The notes beneath the pieces were generated by a model. It was not told where the DNA came from and ran no database searches. It was given only the letters and a program-made list of their open reading frames with translations. From Candidatus Poribacteria bacterium (GTDB lineage: Bacteria; Poribacteria; WGA-4E; WGA-3G), in contig OZ242029.1 of the NCBI GenBank assembly GCA_965205015.1, forward strand, positions 832,001-896,000: a stretch of 64,000 nt of DNA, written 5' to 3'. The position numbers and the translations under genes are program-made. Numbering within the stretch: the stretch's first letter is position 1; every line of letters begins with the position of its first letter. Positions 1 to 9,516 of this stretch are shown here, piece after piece.

Positions 1-42
1 GGTGAGGACTCGTTGGATCAATGCAGCATCGTCGTTTCTCAT
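1..42 (-). CDS. 5' fragment of a probable ECF sigma factor (runs off the window)
   Basis: GGAG RBS, then ATG at 42 reading MRNDDAALIQRVLT, which resembles the D..LI.R...GD start of ECF sigma factors. Only 14 codons are visible. Confidence 0.5.
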   Translation of the reverse strand, partial: MRNDDAALIQRVLT

Positions 43-146
43 TAGACATCTCCAAAAAGCTATTTTTATTCACGGAACTTATATAACTTATATAATATTA
101 TACCAGAGGCGTTTTTCTCTTGAAACATCTATTTCTTATGAGGTCC

Positions 147-1919
147 TTACTGTTTTGGAGCGTCGGATGCCGCAAATTGTAAGTGGTACAACCGAGCATA
201 GAGCCCGCCCTGCGCCAGCAACGCCTGATGCGTGCCTATTTCCACAATTTCGCCGTTCTCCATGGCAAGAATTACATCGGCATTTAGCACGGTAGACAAT
301 CGGTGTGCGATCACAAACGAAGTCCTTCCCTCCATCAACCGCTCTAAGGCTTCCGTAACGACCCGTTCCGTCTCCGAGTCCAACGCGGAAGTGGCTTCAT
401 CGAGCAGGAGAAGTTTCGGATTCCGAATCAGCACACGAGCGATAGCAATCCGTTGTCGTTCGCCACCGGAGAGCCGGATACCCCGTTCGCCTATCTCCGT
501 GGCGTAGCCATCTGTGAGTTGCGTGATAAATCCGTGGGCGTTTGCGGCTGTAGCGGCGGCAATAATATCCTCTTTTCTCACGTCCTCTGGGTGTCGTGCA
601 CCGATTCGGATGTTTTCCTCAATTGAACCCGAGAAGAGATAAGGGTCTTGAAACACTGTGCCGATCTGGGAGCGTAGGGCACTCAGATTGAGTGTCGCAA
701 TATCGTGTTCATCAACACAAATCCGTCCGTGGGTAGGGGTGTAGAGACGTGGAATAAGGTTGAGAATCGTGCTTTTCCCTGCGCCGCTGGGTCCCACAAG
801 TGCAGCGATTTGACCCGGCAACACCTCAAAACTGACGTTCTGCAGGACTTTCGAGGTTTCGTTATAACCGAAGTGGACAGCATCAAACCGGACCTGTCCC
901 CGCAAATCAACATCCTCAATACCATCAGTCGGTTCGGTTCGGTTTTCATCCAAAAAGGTAAAAACCCGTTTTGCCCCCTCACCTGTCCTCAGAAGCGTTT
1001 GATATCCATTTTGGGCTTGGTATAGGGGAACGGTGAGTAGATTCAAATAACGATTTGCCATCCATAAAAACCCGAGACTGATGTGTCCATCAAGCACCAT
1101 TTTTCCACCGATAAAAAAGAAAAGCGGATTGCCCACCCAAGAAGCAAGGGCACCCAATGCTGTCAACCCTCCGATTAACTTTTGATGGACTTCTGCACGA
1201 ATGAGGGTCTCTATTGAACGTCGGATGAATCCCATATCTCTCATCTCATGTCCAAGGGATTTAATCTCCCGGGACCCCCCAATGCCTTCTTGGAGCCGTG
1301 ACGAAATACTTTCCCTTTCCTGTAAGACCTGCTTTGAAGCGTTTTGGACAGGCCTTCGGAAGAGAACCGGGAGACCGACCACAGCGAGGGTAAACGGAAT
1401 ACTAAACAGACCCAACCATGGACTCACCCAGAACACAACGGTCAGGGTAACAGCAAATTCAATTCCTGCAAGGATAATCCACCCGCTCGTCAAAATCCCC
1501 TCAGCGGCAGAGGCTGTATCGGAATCGATGTAAGCCATGATCTGCCCGGTTGTGTGGTCATCGTAAAAACGGCACGGTAAGAATCGCAGATGTTGGTAGA
1601 CCTGCAGTTGCATATCACGGCGGGTTTGACCTGTGACCTTTGCCAAAAAATACGCGAATCCAACCGATGTGAGATAAGTGACGGTCGCAATAGCCATCCA
1701 TGACCCAACAAGAATTGGCAGAAAATCGGCATCTTTCTCACCAATGACACGGTCAAAAAACTGTCCTTCCATCCATGGGAAGACCAGAAAGGTCGCGCGC
1801 ATGCCGCCTTGGAAGAGCAGACACAAAAGGGCTAACCCCCAATACGGTTTGAGGTAACCTAACAAACGGACAGCAATTCTGCCACTTCCCAAATTTCCCT
1901 TCTTTTTCGACGCATCCAA
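147..1919 (-). CDS. ABC transporter, fused permease/ATPase (MsbA/MdlB-like)
   Basis: N-terminal TM domain; Walker A GPSGAGKS, signature LSGGERQR, Walker B LLLDE, H-loop IAHR; TTG start after an AGGAG RBS. Confidence 0.92.
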   Translation of the reverse strand: MDASKKKGNLGSGRIAVRLLGYLKPYWGLALLCLLFQGGMRATFLVFPWMEGQFFDRVIGEKDADFLPILVGSWMAIATVTYLTSVGFAYFLAKVTGQTRRDMQLQVYQHLRFLPCRFYDDHTTGQIMAYIDSDTASAAEGILTSGWIILAGIEFAVTLTVVFWVSPWLGLFSIPFTLAVVGLPVLFRRPVQNASKQVLQERESISSRLQEGIGGSREIKSLGHEMRDMGFIRRSIETLIRAEVHQKLIGGLTALGALASWVGNPLFFFIGGKMVLDGHISLGFLWMANRYLNLLTVPLYQAQNGYQTLLRTGEGAKRVFTFLDENRTEPTDGIEDVDLRGQVRFDAVHFGYNETSKVLQNVSFEVLPGQIAALVGPSGAGKSTILNLIPRLYTPTHGRICVDEHDIATLNLSALRSQIGTVFQDPYLFSGSIEENIRIGARHPEDVRKEDIIAAATAANAHGFITQLTDGYATEIGERGIRLSGGERQRIAIARVLIRNPKLLLLDEATSALDSETERVVTEALERLMEGRTSFVIAHRLSTVLNADVILAMENGEIVEIGTHQALLAQGGLYARLYHLQFAASDAPKQ

Positions 1920-2116
1920 CCCCTTGTCTCCTCTAAACGTTAACGATCACTGTTATATATAGTACTCTCCCCTTCGGAAGGTTACAAATTGTGAAGAGAT
2001 ACCCTATCAATTTACTCCATCACTATAGTGACGCGAACTGAGAAAAAAAAGGGTGCATAATTCTGCAAAAAAGCGAGAAAGTCACTAAAAAAGCAAAAAT
2101 TACGTTTTTGGAGTTT

Positions 2117-2280
2117 ATAGTAAAGTTTACACTTGACGAGACATTACGAACGGGGGAGGTTAGGAAACCGAACGAGTTGGCACGGACACATTCGACGGGT
2201 CGGTGCCAACTTCGCTGCCAGCGGGAAGGAGCGTTTTGCTTTCTATTGAAATGTCCATTTATTTTTCGGGATTTACCATA
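2117..2280. repeat. MITE/REP-like intergenic element with internal hairpin
   Basis: Ends TATAGTAAA and TTTACCATA are imperfect inverted repeats. Internal arms AGTTGGCAC and GTGCCAACT lie inside a GGAGGTTAGGAAACC-type REP. Confidence 0.45.
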
Positions 2281-2302
2281 AATATTTTTGTCGTTCTAAA
2301 TT

Positions 2303-3607
2303 CTAAGCTTTGCGAAGTGCCTCAATAGGGGTCAGCGACGAGGCCTTTAGCGCAGGATACAAACCAAACGAGATGCCGATTATCGCTGAGACGGATACCG
2401 AAATCAGGATCCACTCCAAGGAGATAACGGCGGGCCATTCGGGAACGATTTTGACGATTTTGACGGCGAGCAGCGCCATCCCTTCACCGGCGAGAATGCC
2501 TAACCCAACGCCGATTATGCCGCCGACACCACACATGATCACTGCCTCTATGAGGAACTGAAGCAGGATATCCAAGCGTTTGGCACCCAGTGCCTTCCGC
2601 AGTCCAATTTCACGAGTGCGTTCGGTGACAGCGACTAACATCATGTTCATTATCCCGATCCCGCCGACGAACAACGAGAAACCGGCGATGCTCCCTAACG
2701 TGATTTTTATGATGCTGCTGATTTTATCTAACTGTGCCATACCTTTATGCATCTCAAAGATGTAGATGAAGTCGTCTTTATTTCTATGCCGTTTTCGGAG
2801 AATAGATTTTACCTCTTCAACCGCCTTCGGAACCTCCTTGACGCTATGTGCATGAACGGTGATATTCTGAATCTCATCGGTGCCAATAAAGCGTTTTTGG
2901 CTGGTGGATATAGGAATAAAGGCAAGGCTGTCAAAACTGACACCGAACCGGAGATTTGTCCCTCTCGGCACGAATGTTCCAACAACCCTGAAGCGCTCGG
3001 TGTATCGCCTTCCGTCTTTTTTTACGCCAAACCGGTTGTGATAGTCGCTGTCTCGTGCGATTTTAATTTCTTGTCCCAATGGGGATTTATCACCGAATAA
3101 GGCGGTTGCGACCTCGTCTCCAAGCACACAAACTCTTGATGCGTTTCTAACGTCTTCATCTGTAATAAAACGTCCCTCTTTAACGTCCCAGTCCATCGCG
3201 GTGTCATAGGTGGCATCCACGCCGTTCCAGCCCGCACGGGTCTCCGTGCCGCCTGAAGCTTGGATGAGCACACCGCCCCAGTTCCAGATTTGCGGTGTGG
3301 CTGCCCGAACGGATGGACATTCTGCCTCAATTGCTAACACATCCCCATATTTCAGGTATTCATTGTGTCGAATACGGACCAGCCGGTTGTTTACGCGCTT
3401 GTGCCGAGACCGAAGCACAAAGAACTGATTTGCCCCACCTAACTTTTGTACATCTTGCCGGACAATCTCCTTGGCACCATCACCAATCGCTATCATCGCT
3501 AATACCGAAGCGATACCGATGATAATGCCGAGCATCGTCAGCAATGAACGCATTTTGTTGCGACGGATCGCAGAGATTGCGACAGATACTCCCTCGAATA
3601 TACGCAT
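2303..3607 (-). CDS. MacB/FtsX-family ABC permease
   Basis: RSLLTMLGIIIG, GGIGIMNMMLVAVTERTREIG and PIEALR motifs; GGAGG RBS before ATG at 3607. Confidence 0.93.
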   Translation of the reverse strand: MRIFEGVSVAISAIRRNKMRSLLTMLGIIIGIASVLAMIAIGDGAKEIVRQDVQKLGGANQFFVLRSRHKRVNNRLVRIRHNEYLKYGDVLAIEAECPSVRAATPQIWNWGGVLIQASGGTETRAGWNGVDATYDTAMDWDVKEGRFITDEDVRNASRVCVLGDEVATALFGDKSPLGQEIKIARDSDYHNRFGVKKDGRRYTERFRVVGTFVPRGTNLRFGVSFDSLAFIPISTSQKRFIGTDEIQNITVHAHSVKEVPKAVEEVKSILRKRHRNKDDFIYIFEMHKGMAQLDKISSIIKITLGSIAGFSLFVGGIGIMNMMLVAVTERTREIGLRKALGAKRLDILLQFLIEAVIMCGVGGIIGVGLGILAGEGMALLAVKIVKIVPEWPAVISLEWILISVSVSAIIGISFGLYPALKASSLTPIEALRKA

Positions 3608-3748
3608 TTCATCCTCCAAATTACAGTGAAATCTGTGTTTACCGATTCCCGATTAGATTTTTTAGGTCTTGTATATTAAGAAAAAAGTGTTCTTTCTTCT
3701 CGAGTATTATAGATACAATTTAGGTGCGAAAAGATTGTCTTAATTTTA

Positions 3749-3860
3749 TAGGACTTACGCACTTCACAGGTAGATGAGGTTTGTAACCGTACCGATCTCA
3801 GAGAGGGAACGTCTATATTGTCCAAAGACAGGTGTCTCGGCTTAATTTGCGCAAGTTCTG
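3749..3860. mobile_element. MITE-like element with AGGACTTACGCA-type terminal inverted repeats
   Basis: TAGGACTTACGCA ... TGCGCAAGTTCTG, enclosing a REP-like GTAGATGAGGTTTGTAACC. The same TIR occurs at 7585 and at 40920-41012. Confidence 0.55.
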
Positions 3861-4079
3861 TTGTTAATGACGCGGTTTAGGGACCAAAAGGGTGCATTAC
3901 TTTTATGAGATTTTACGCCGAACGCATGTTTTTAGTTTAGGGAGGGTCGCGCTTTCGCGGAGAGGGTCTTTGCGAATGACATCCTCTATGAAACGAGAAG
4001 CCTACTATCGCTTGTGTGAGGTTGCATGGATTCTCCAGCAACACCCCACACAAGGAAGGAAGTTAGATAGATCATTCGC

Positions 4080-5033
4080 TCAATCAGTTTCTTCGGATGT
4101 AGGTTTCTCTACAGCGTCCGCATTCAAGTATTTCAGTGGACTCTCAACAATATAATCCCCCGAATCCTCAAGGAACTGCTGCACCAGAAAGATATGTCCG
4201 GCACCCATCATCAACAGAATGCGATCATCGGCAGATTCGGTGATCCGCGTTATATTCACGAAAATCTTGAGATTTCTATCATACCAAATATGGACAAGCC
4301 AATTCACCGCCGGATATTCGTCCCCCAATCCAACACGCGCATCATGTAAATATGCTCGCTGGCTTGCCCGGCTCCATGTCGGCTGATTCAGACGTATAAG
4401 CATGTCAGTTATTGGCTCATATTTCTCCGGTTCAATCCAGACTGTACCATCCTCATCCACTATAACTTTTCCTGGATCTACGGGATGGGATCCGAGGAGG
4501 TGCTCCTGATTATGTTTTTTGGCAAAGTCAATTGTGTTTATCAAATTACTATCAATACCACCTCTAAAGATTGGATTGTCTTTACTGCTTCGGAAATAAT
4601 CCACACAGTATATCTTTGAATGTCCCAGTTGTTTTGCTAACCGAAAGCCAATCTGGTGCCCTTCGTTACGTCTCAGTTGAAATATTCCCTCCAGATAACC
4701 TTGGTAATCTGAATTAATTTCAGCATCCCGTGAGAAATCCACTTCCATTGCTATCTTGGTAGGACTAAACGCCTTGAGTTGTTCGATTAACTGCTGAATC
4801 TCGCGTTGGCGTTTGGGGGCAAGGACATCATCCATTTTGAGATTGATGCCATCCATTCCGGGATTCGATAAGTGTGCAGTACCGAGAATCATGATTGTGG
4901 GTTTTTGGGTCATTTGCGTAGTACCTCCTGTAGACAAGTCTGTCTGATCATTGCTTATGGCTGTACCGACTGTAAGCAATAAAGCGACGAATGACATCAT
5001 CAAATAGAATTGGCATTTTACTAAGACTTTCAT
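4080..5033 (-). CDS. Secreted TIKI/TraB-like (DUF5694-type) putative metallohydrolase
   Basis: Signal peptide from MKVLVK; motifs ILGTAH, IAME, EGHQIGF, WYDRNLKI, GAGH. It is a paralog of the four genes at 11349-15275. The in-frame ORF extension to 5171 is a sigma remnant. Confidence 0.8.
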   Translation of the reverse strand: MKVLVKCQFYLMMSFVALLLTVGTAISNDQTDLSTGGTTQMTQKPTIMILGTAHLSNPGMDGINLKMDDVLAPKRQREIQQLIEQLKAFSPTKIAMEVDFSRDAEINSDYQGYLEGIFQLRRNEGHQIGFRLAKQLGHSKIYCVDYFRSSKDNPIFRGGIDSNLINTIDFAKKHNQEHLLGSHPVDPGKVIVDEDGTVWIEPEKYEPITDMLIRLNQPTWSRASQRAYLHDARVGLGDEYPAVNWLVHIWYDRNLKIFVNITRITESADDRILLMMGAGHIFLVQQFLEDSGDYIVESPLKYLNADAVEKPTSEETD

Positions 5034-5073
5034 AAAACTTTTTCCTATTTTCCGCTGTGCGGTTGATTCGATT

Positions 5074-5171
5074 ATATCCTCCACATCTTCCCGATTTCCG
5101 AGTAGATAGAGGATGTGCTGATAAACCTGAACTTTGTGTTGATAGATAAGCTCAAATTTATCTTCTGTCAT
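5074..5171 (-). pseudogene. Truncated duplicate of the ECF sigma 5' end (~33 codons)
   Basis: MTEDKFELIYQHKVQVYQHILYLLGNREDVEDI aligns with MTEDKFLELVDQHKARVYQHTLYLLGNREDAEDI of 16656-17201. The DNA similarity extends into the upstream promoter. Confidence 0.85.
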
Positions 5172-5202
5172 ATTGCATTTCAGCGCATTTCGAGGTTACT
5201 GT

Positions 5203-5231
5203 TACTACAAACGAGTTCCAAAATAGTTGCA
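5203..5231 (-). promoter_or_regulatory. ECF sigma promoter copy 3 (TGCAAC-N16-TGTAGTA)
   Basis: Same -35/-10 boxes and 16-nt spacer length as the copies at 7474-7502 and 17233-17261. Confidence 0.8.
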
Positions 5232-5329
5232 CTTTTCCCAACTCAATATATAACGTGAATTCAACTGAGGACCGTAGTGAGGCGTTGGGTTCCGTTAGAT
5301 GTGTTTATCCGAAGCGACATTTGAAAAAA

Positions 5330-7330
5330 TTAGAACGCACGGATCACCTTAGCAACTAACCGCTGTTTGAATTCTTGGGCATTTGGGTCGCCGAGGATGA
5401 TGAAGAAGTCGGTGCCAGCGTACCCGGAGCGGCGCAGTGCGAAGTAGACGTTAATGCCTTCTACTTGCCAGATTAACCGACTTCCGAGACTTAAGGCAGG
5501 TGTGAAATCATAAGCAAGGGTTAGAATCTGCTGGTATCGCTGCTCGAAATGCCACTGGACTTGTGAAGTCAAACCAGCAGTGAAGCCATAAGCACGCACA
5601 TTCAGGTTTCCACTGATTTGATAAATCGGTTCACCCGCTTGTTCACCCCACTCATAATCGATACTCACGTTGTTGAAGCGATCCGAAGCACGGGCTCCCA
5701 AGCTGATCCCGAACACAGAATCTGTGAATTCTCTAAATCGACCGCCGTTCCAGAAAGTCGTAACTGAATAGTCACTGTGTGTCAAGAGTTGCGTGGCAAA
5801 CCTGATGTCGCGACTGAAAACTTCACCTTCATAGGTATTGGTAGCATCGGTATGCGCAAAGAGCATAAGACTGCGAACGATCCCCTCGCGCCACTCGTTC
5901 TTGAACGTAGCACCGAAATTTACACCGCGATACCCTTTGAAGGGATGGTAGCCGAGATTATTGACGAAATCCGGATCTACAAAAAAAACATTTGAATAGG
6001 ATTGAATGAGGGGACCGTTGTATCTCAAACCGAGGGTCCCATCTCTTCCATCTGACTCATCCGCCCAACTTTGGGTAAAATCACCGTGGACTGAAAATCT
6101 ACCGTGTCGCGCACTACCCGATACATGGCCCACATTGTTCAACGGATCGCCTCGTTTGTGATGTGATAAGAACATAGCACTGATTTTGGATGTCGCTGTA
6201 AGGGGTTGGGAGGCACTCAGGATGAAGTTCTGGTTATTTCGATGGTAAGTGCCTAAGGTACCGATGGAGGTGTTTTTCCCCAGTTTCCCAAAGAGTTTAA
6301 GCCCACCGTCCATATCCTCTATCCGTCGTGAGTGAAAAAGGTTGCCAAATGCCCCGGTGTTATAGACATTGCCACCTTCAGAAAAGAAAGGCCGGCGGTC
6401 TGAGACATAACGTTCACCGTAAGAGAAATCAATACCCTCTACCGCTTGTTCGACATTCTCAAAATCCGGGTTGACAGTGCCGATGAGCCGTAGTTGGGGC
6501 GTAACCTCATAACGGAGGTCTGCACCCGCGCGGGCAGTGGATTCCCTTCGCGACCCGGAGGTCGCTCCCACAGAAGTTTCCGTTTCGCTGATACCCCCAA
6601 TGAGATACGGTAGTATCTTGAGTTCGCGTTTTCGAGGCGGTGGCAGAACCCCGACCCAGTGGCCATCGTTCTCTTTAAATTCGTTTACCCCTAAGTTGGA
6701 CCACCACGATTTTTCGCCTGTCCGCTGCTGCTGGCGATCAAGGTTGATACCCATCCCAAGGGGTTCAGTAGTTTCGGGGTAATCCAGCATCTGCCACGGG
6801 ATTTCCATCTCCACGATCCAGCCGTCTTCCACAATCTGTGCGGCGGTTTTCCACAATCCGATCCATTCGCTTTTCTCCGCACGTCCGGTGGCGAGATGCG
6901 CGTATTTCGTGCCGAGTGGATTTACGATGAAGAAATTTCTGTCCGAAAACTGGTGCGTGTGGAACGGGTCAAGACTGAAAGATACCGAGTCTTCGCCTTG
7001 AAACCGGGTCTGATCTTTGGTTTGACGGGCGACAATTTTATCGGGCACATCATCGTAGAGATGCAGCCCAACATAAATGGCGGTGTCTGTATAAACCAGA
7101 TGCCCCACAGATTGGTTTTTCGCCGGCTTTTCGGTACGTTCATCAATGAAGGTATTCGCTTCCGGTGCGTCTTGCCAGCATTTATCATCAAGGACGCCGT
7201 CGATGGTAGGTGGGTGTTCCGTTTTAACTGCAGGAAGTTCTTTTTTTATCGCTGTGTCGTTTGAAACCGCCCAGAGCTGAGAGCCTATGGTGAGTGTTAA
7301 GGTGATAATGATTAACAAATTTCCTTTCAT
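5330..7330 (-). CDS. CBM9-like/DUF5916-type outer-membrane protein
   Basis: Signal peptide; PTIDGVLDD..W and GWIVEMEIPW (CBM9-like); TVNPDF and RRPFFSEG (DUF5916-like); beta-strand-rich C-terminus ending in Phe. Confidence 0.78.
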   Translation of the reverse strand: MKGNLLIIITLTLTIGSQLWAVSNDTAIKKELPAVKTEHPPTIDGVLDDKCWQDAPEANTFIDERTEKPAKNQSVGHLVYTDTAIYVGLHLYDDVPDKIVARQTKDQTRFQGEDSVSFSLDPFHTHQFSDRNFFIVNPLGTKYAHLATGRAEKSEWIGLWKTAAQIVEDGWIVEMEIPWQMLDYPETTEPLGMGINLDRQQQRTGEKSWWSNLGVNEFKENDGHWVGVLPPPRKRELKILPYLIGGISETETSVGATSGSRRESTARAGADLRYEVTPQLRLIGTVNPDFENVEQAVEGIDFSYGERYVSDRRPFFSEGGNVYNTGAFGNLFHSRRIEDMDGGLKLFGKLGKNTSIGTLGTYHRNNQNFILSASQPLTATSKISAMFLSHHKRGDPLNNVGHVSGSARHGRFSVHGDFTQSWADESDGRDGTLGLRYNGPLIQSYSNVFFVDPDFVNNLGYHPFKGYRGVNFGATFKNEWREGIVRSLMLFAHTDATNTYEGEVFSRDIRFATQLLTHSDYSVTTFWNGGRFREFTDSVFGISLGARASDRFNNVSIDYEWGEQAGEPIYQISGNLNVRAYGFTAGLTSQVQWHFEQRYQQILTLAYDFTPALSLGSRLIWQVEGINVYFALRRSGYAGTDFFIILGDPNAQEFKQRLVAKVIRAF

Positions 7331-7473
7331 GTGCTTATCCTTTCTTCCTTTCTGTATTGTGTGGGATTTATACCCACTTAGCTGCAACGTGTATTGGAAC
7401 CTGCCAAGTCAATAGCGAGACAACACCTTGATTGGATCGACTCACAAAAACATGGCAATGAACTTGTGGTTGG

Positions 7474-7502
7474 TACTACAAATGGGACGGGAAAAAGTTG
7501 CA
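7474..7502 (-). promoter_or_regulatory. ECF sigma promoter copy 2 (TGCAAC-N16-TGTAGTA)
   Basis: The boxes and spacer length are conserved while the 3' part of the spacer differs from the other two copies. Confidence 0.8.
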
Positions 7503-7584
7503 CTTTTTTCTTTCGAATCGGAAAGGCTTGGGATAGGGCGCGTGGAGGCAGTTTTGGGAATTGATCGGGCTGATAAAATGTGCC

Positions 7585-7710
7585 AGGACTTACGCAAATA
7601 GGCGATAAATCAAGGGAGGACTTTCGTAAGGGCGAGGTCACCTCGCTCGTACATGGATGGATAGGGACCCCGGTTCGTAGTAGCGCAATTCATTGCGCAT
7701 TGAATTGCGG
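7585..7710. repeat. MITE end plus GTAG-type REP hairpins
   Basis: CAGGACTTACGCA, followed by GTAAGGGCGAGGTCACCTCGCTCGTAC and GTAGTAGCGCAATTCATTGCGC. Confidence 0.55.
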
Positions 7711-7713
7711 CAT

Positions 7714-9516
7714 TTAAGCGTACCAAGATGCCTGGGCGTTCCACATTTCGGCATATAATCCATCAATGGCAAGCAACTCTTCGTGTGTGCCGTCTTCGAC
7801 GAGTTGTCCTTCATCTAAAACGAGAATTCTGTCACAGAGGCGGGCGACCCCAAGCCGATGCGAGATGACAAGCGTGGTACGCGATGCGTCTTTGGTGAGG
7901 AGTTCGCGGATCATTTCAACTTCGGCGACTGGGTCAATGGCGGCAGTGGGTTCATCAAATACGACGAATTGACTCTGTCGGAAAAGTCCACGCGCAACGG
8001 CGAGGCGCAGCCATTCTCCACCGGACACGTCGCGTCCGCCGAATTCGTGTCCGAGCCAAGTGTCAAGTTCTTGTGCGAAAGTAGAACCTGCTCTGTCGAG
8101 TGTGTGCCGCATAAAGGTGTCGTCTTGCATACGGTTCGGGTCAGCAAAGCCGACATTATCCCTAACAGGCAGTAGGAACTTCGTGAAGTCCTGAAAGACA
8201 GCACTCGTTGTGGGTTTTTCGGAAGCCGTAGCACCTTGCGAAAACATGAGTGTTCCGCTATCTGGAACGTACAAACCGAGCAATATATTTGCGAGTGTTG
8301 TCTTTCCAGCACCATTTTTCCCGACGAGTGCGACGGTTTCGCCAGGCACTATTTTCGCGGTAATCTCCTTGAGGGTCTGCGTCGCTGCGCGAGGGTATCG
8401 AAATGAGAGATCATTCATGGCGACTGTTATCTCTCCCGCTTCTGCAGCGAGTAGTGGCATCCCTTGTGGTTGCCCCTGGCCTTCCTGATGTTTCTCCGTC
8501 GCATCAGAAACACTAAGCTCTTGGGTGGATTGCGTTGTGAACAGCGTCGCAAGATCACGTAAGACACCGCTCTGTTCGGCGAGATTCCCCATAGAGCGCG
8601 CCATATATGAGAGAAATCCTTGTAACCCAGCGGCAGCGGCAATTAAACCCGTGAAGGTACCGGCGATTTTCTCAGGGTCGCCGTTATGTGCAACCCGTGC
8701 TGCGATGAAAACGATCACACAATATCCGAAGACAGAACTGAGGTTGGCGAGTGCGTTCCAGGCGGTTTTCCTTTTGAGGGATCCTATTTCCACCGTGGCG
8801 AGTTGACGATACGCGTTTTCCCATTTTGAAAGCAACCAACGTTGAAGTGTAAAGAGGCGGACCTCTGGACTGTTGACACGCTCGTAGAGCCGAGCTGCCC
8901 ACGCTGTCTGTGTTCGGTTGGGACGTGCTGCCGCTCGGTCTTGCTCGAGTTCAAGTCTGGCAATAGGTTTCCTTGTGAAGAGAATGATGGAGGAACTGAC
9001 CAGCAAAGCCGCCATACACCATATATCACTACTGATAATAAAGATTGCGCCCAACAGTCCGCAGACACTCGCGACACTATGGATATTATCCACAACACTC
9101 TGAAACCAACTGACGACGCGATCACTGAAACCTTGCGTTGCTCGGCTAAGATTATCGTGAAAGTCAGGGTCGAAAAAATGGAGCAGGGGTGTTTGTCCAG
9201 CTTGACGCAGAAGGTCTTGCTGGAAGTGTAGCACCGCTTTATTGGAGAACCACATCTGTGTTACGCGATTGAAAACATCGGTTAATATTTCTAAGGTCAT
9301 TAGCACGAGAAAAACACCCATCCATAAAAAGAGTCCCTCAGCATTTACTAACGCGTTTGTGAATCCGGCGATGATAACCGGCGAAAAACCGCGGTTTCCG
9401 GCGTTTATCAAACGGAGCAGAAGTATGACAAAGAGGGGAAGGGGTGCAATCCGTATAAATTGCCAGATTAAGCGAAGAACTGCGCGTCGAGGTAATGTGT
9501 TTGTGTCTCTCATCAT
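7714..9516 (-). CDS. ABC transporter permease/ATPase, second subunit of a pair
   Basis: GKNGAGKT, VSGGEWLR, VVFDEP, ISHR; ATGA overlap with the stop of the upstream paralog. Confidence 0.9.
   Translation of the reverse strand: MMRDTNTLPRRAVLRLIWQFIRIAPLPLFVILLLRLINAGNRGFSPVIIAGFTNALVNAEGLFLWMGVFLVLMTLEILTDVFNRVTQMWFSNKAVLHFQQDLLRQAGQTPLLHFFDPDFHDNLSRATQGFSDRVVSWFQSVVDNIHSVASVCGLLGAIFIISSDIWCMAALLVSSSIILFTRKPIARLELEQDRAAARPNRTQTAWAARLYERVNSPEVRLFTLQRWLLSKWENAYRQLATVEIGSLKRKTAWNALANLSSVFGYCVIVFIAARVAHNGDPEKIAGTFTGLIAAAAGLQGFLSYMARSMGNLAEQSGVLRDLATLFTTQSTQELSVSDATEKHQEGQGQPQGMPLLAAEAGEITVAMNDLSFRYPRAATQTLKEITAKIVPGETVALVGKNGAGKTTLANILLGLYVPDSGTLMFSQGATASEKPTTSAVFQDFTKFLLPVRDNVGFADPNRMQDDTFMRHTLDRAGSTFAQELDTWLGHEFGGRDVSGGEWLRLAVARGLFRQSQFVVFDEPTAAIDPVAEVEMIRELLTKDASRTTLVISHRLGVARLCDRILVLDEGQLVEDGTHEELLAIDGLYAEMWNAQASWYA

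Noticed and set aside
7378-7641. Cys-rich 87-aa ORF as a RiPP precursor for the ABC pair
   Set aside because: It starts inside REP repeats, runs across the ECF promoter, has no RBS, and no modifying enzymes are nearby.
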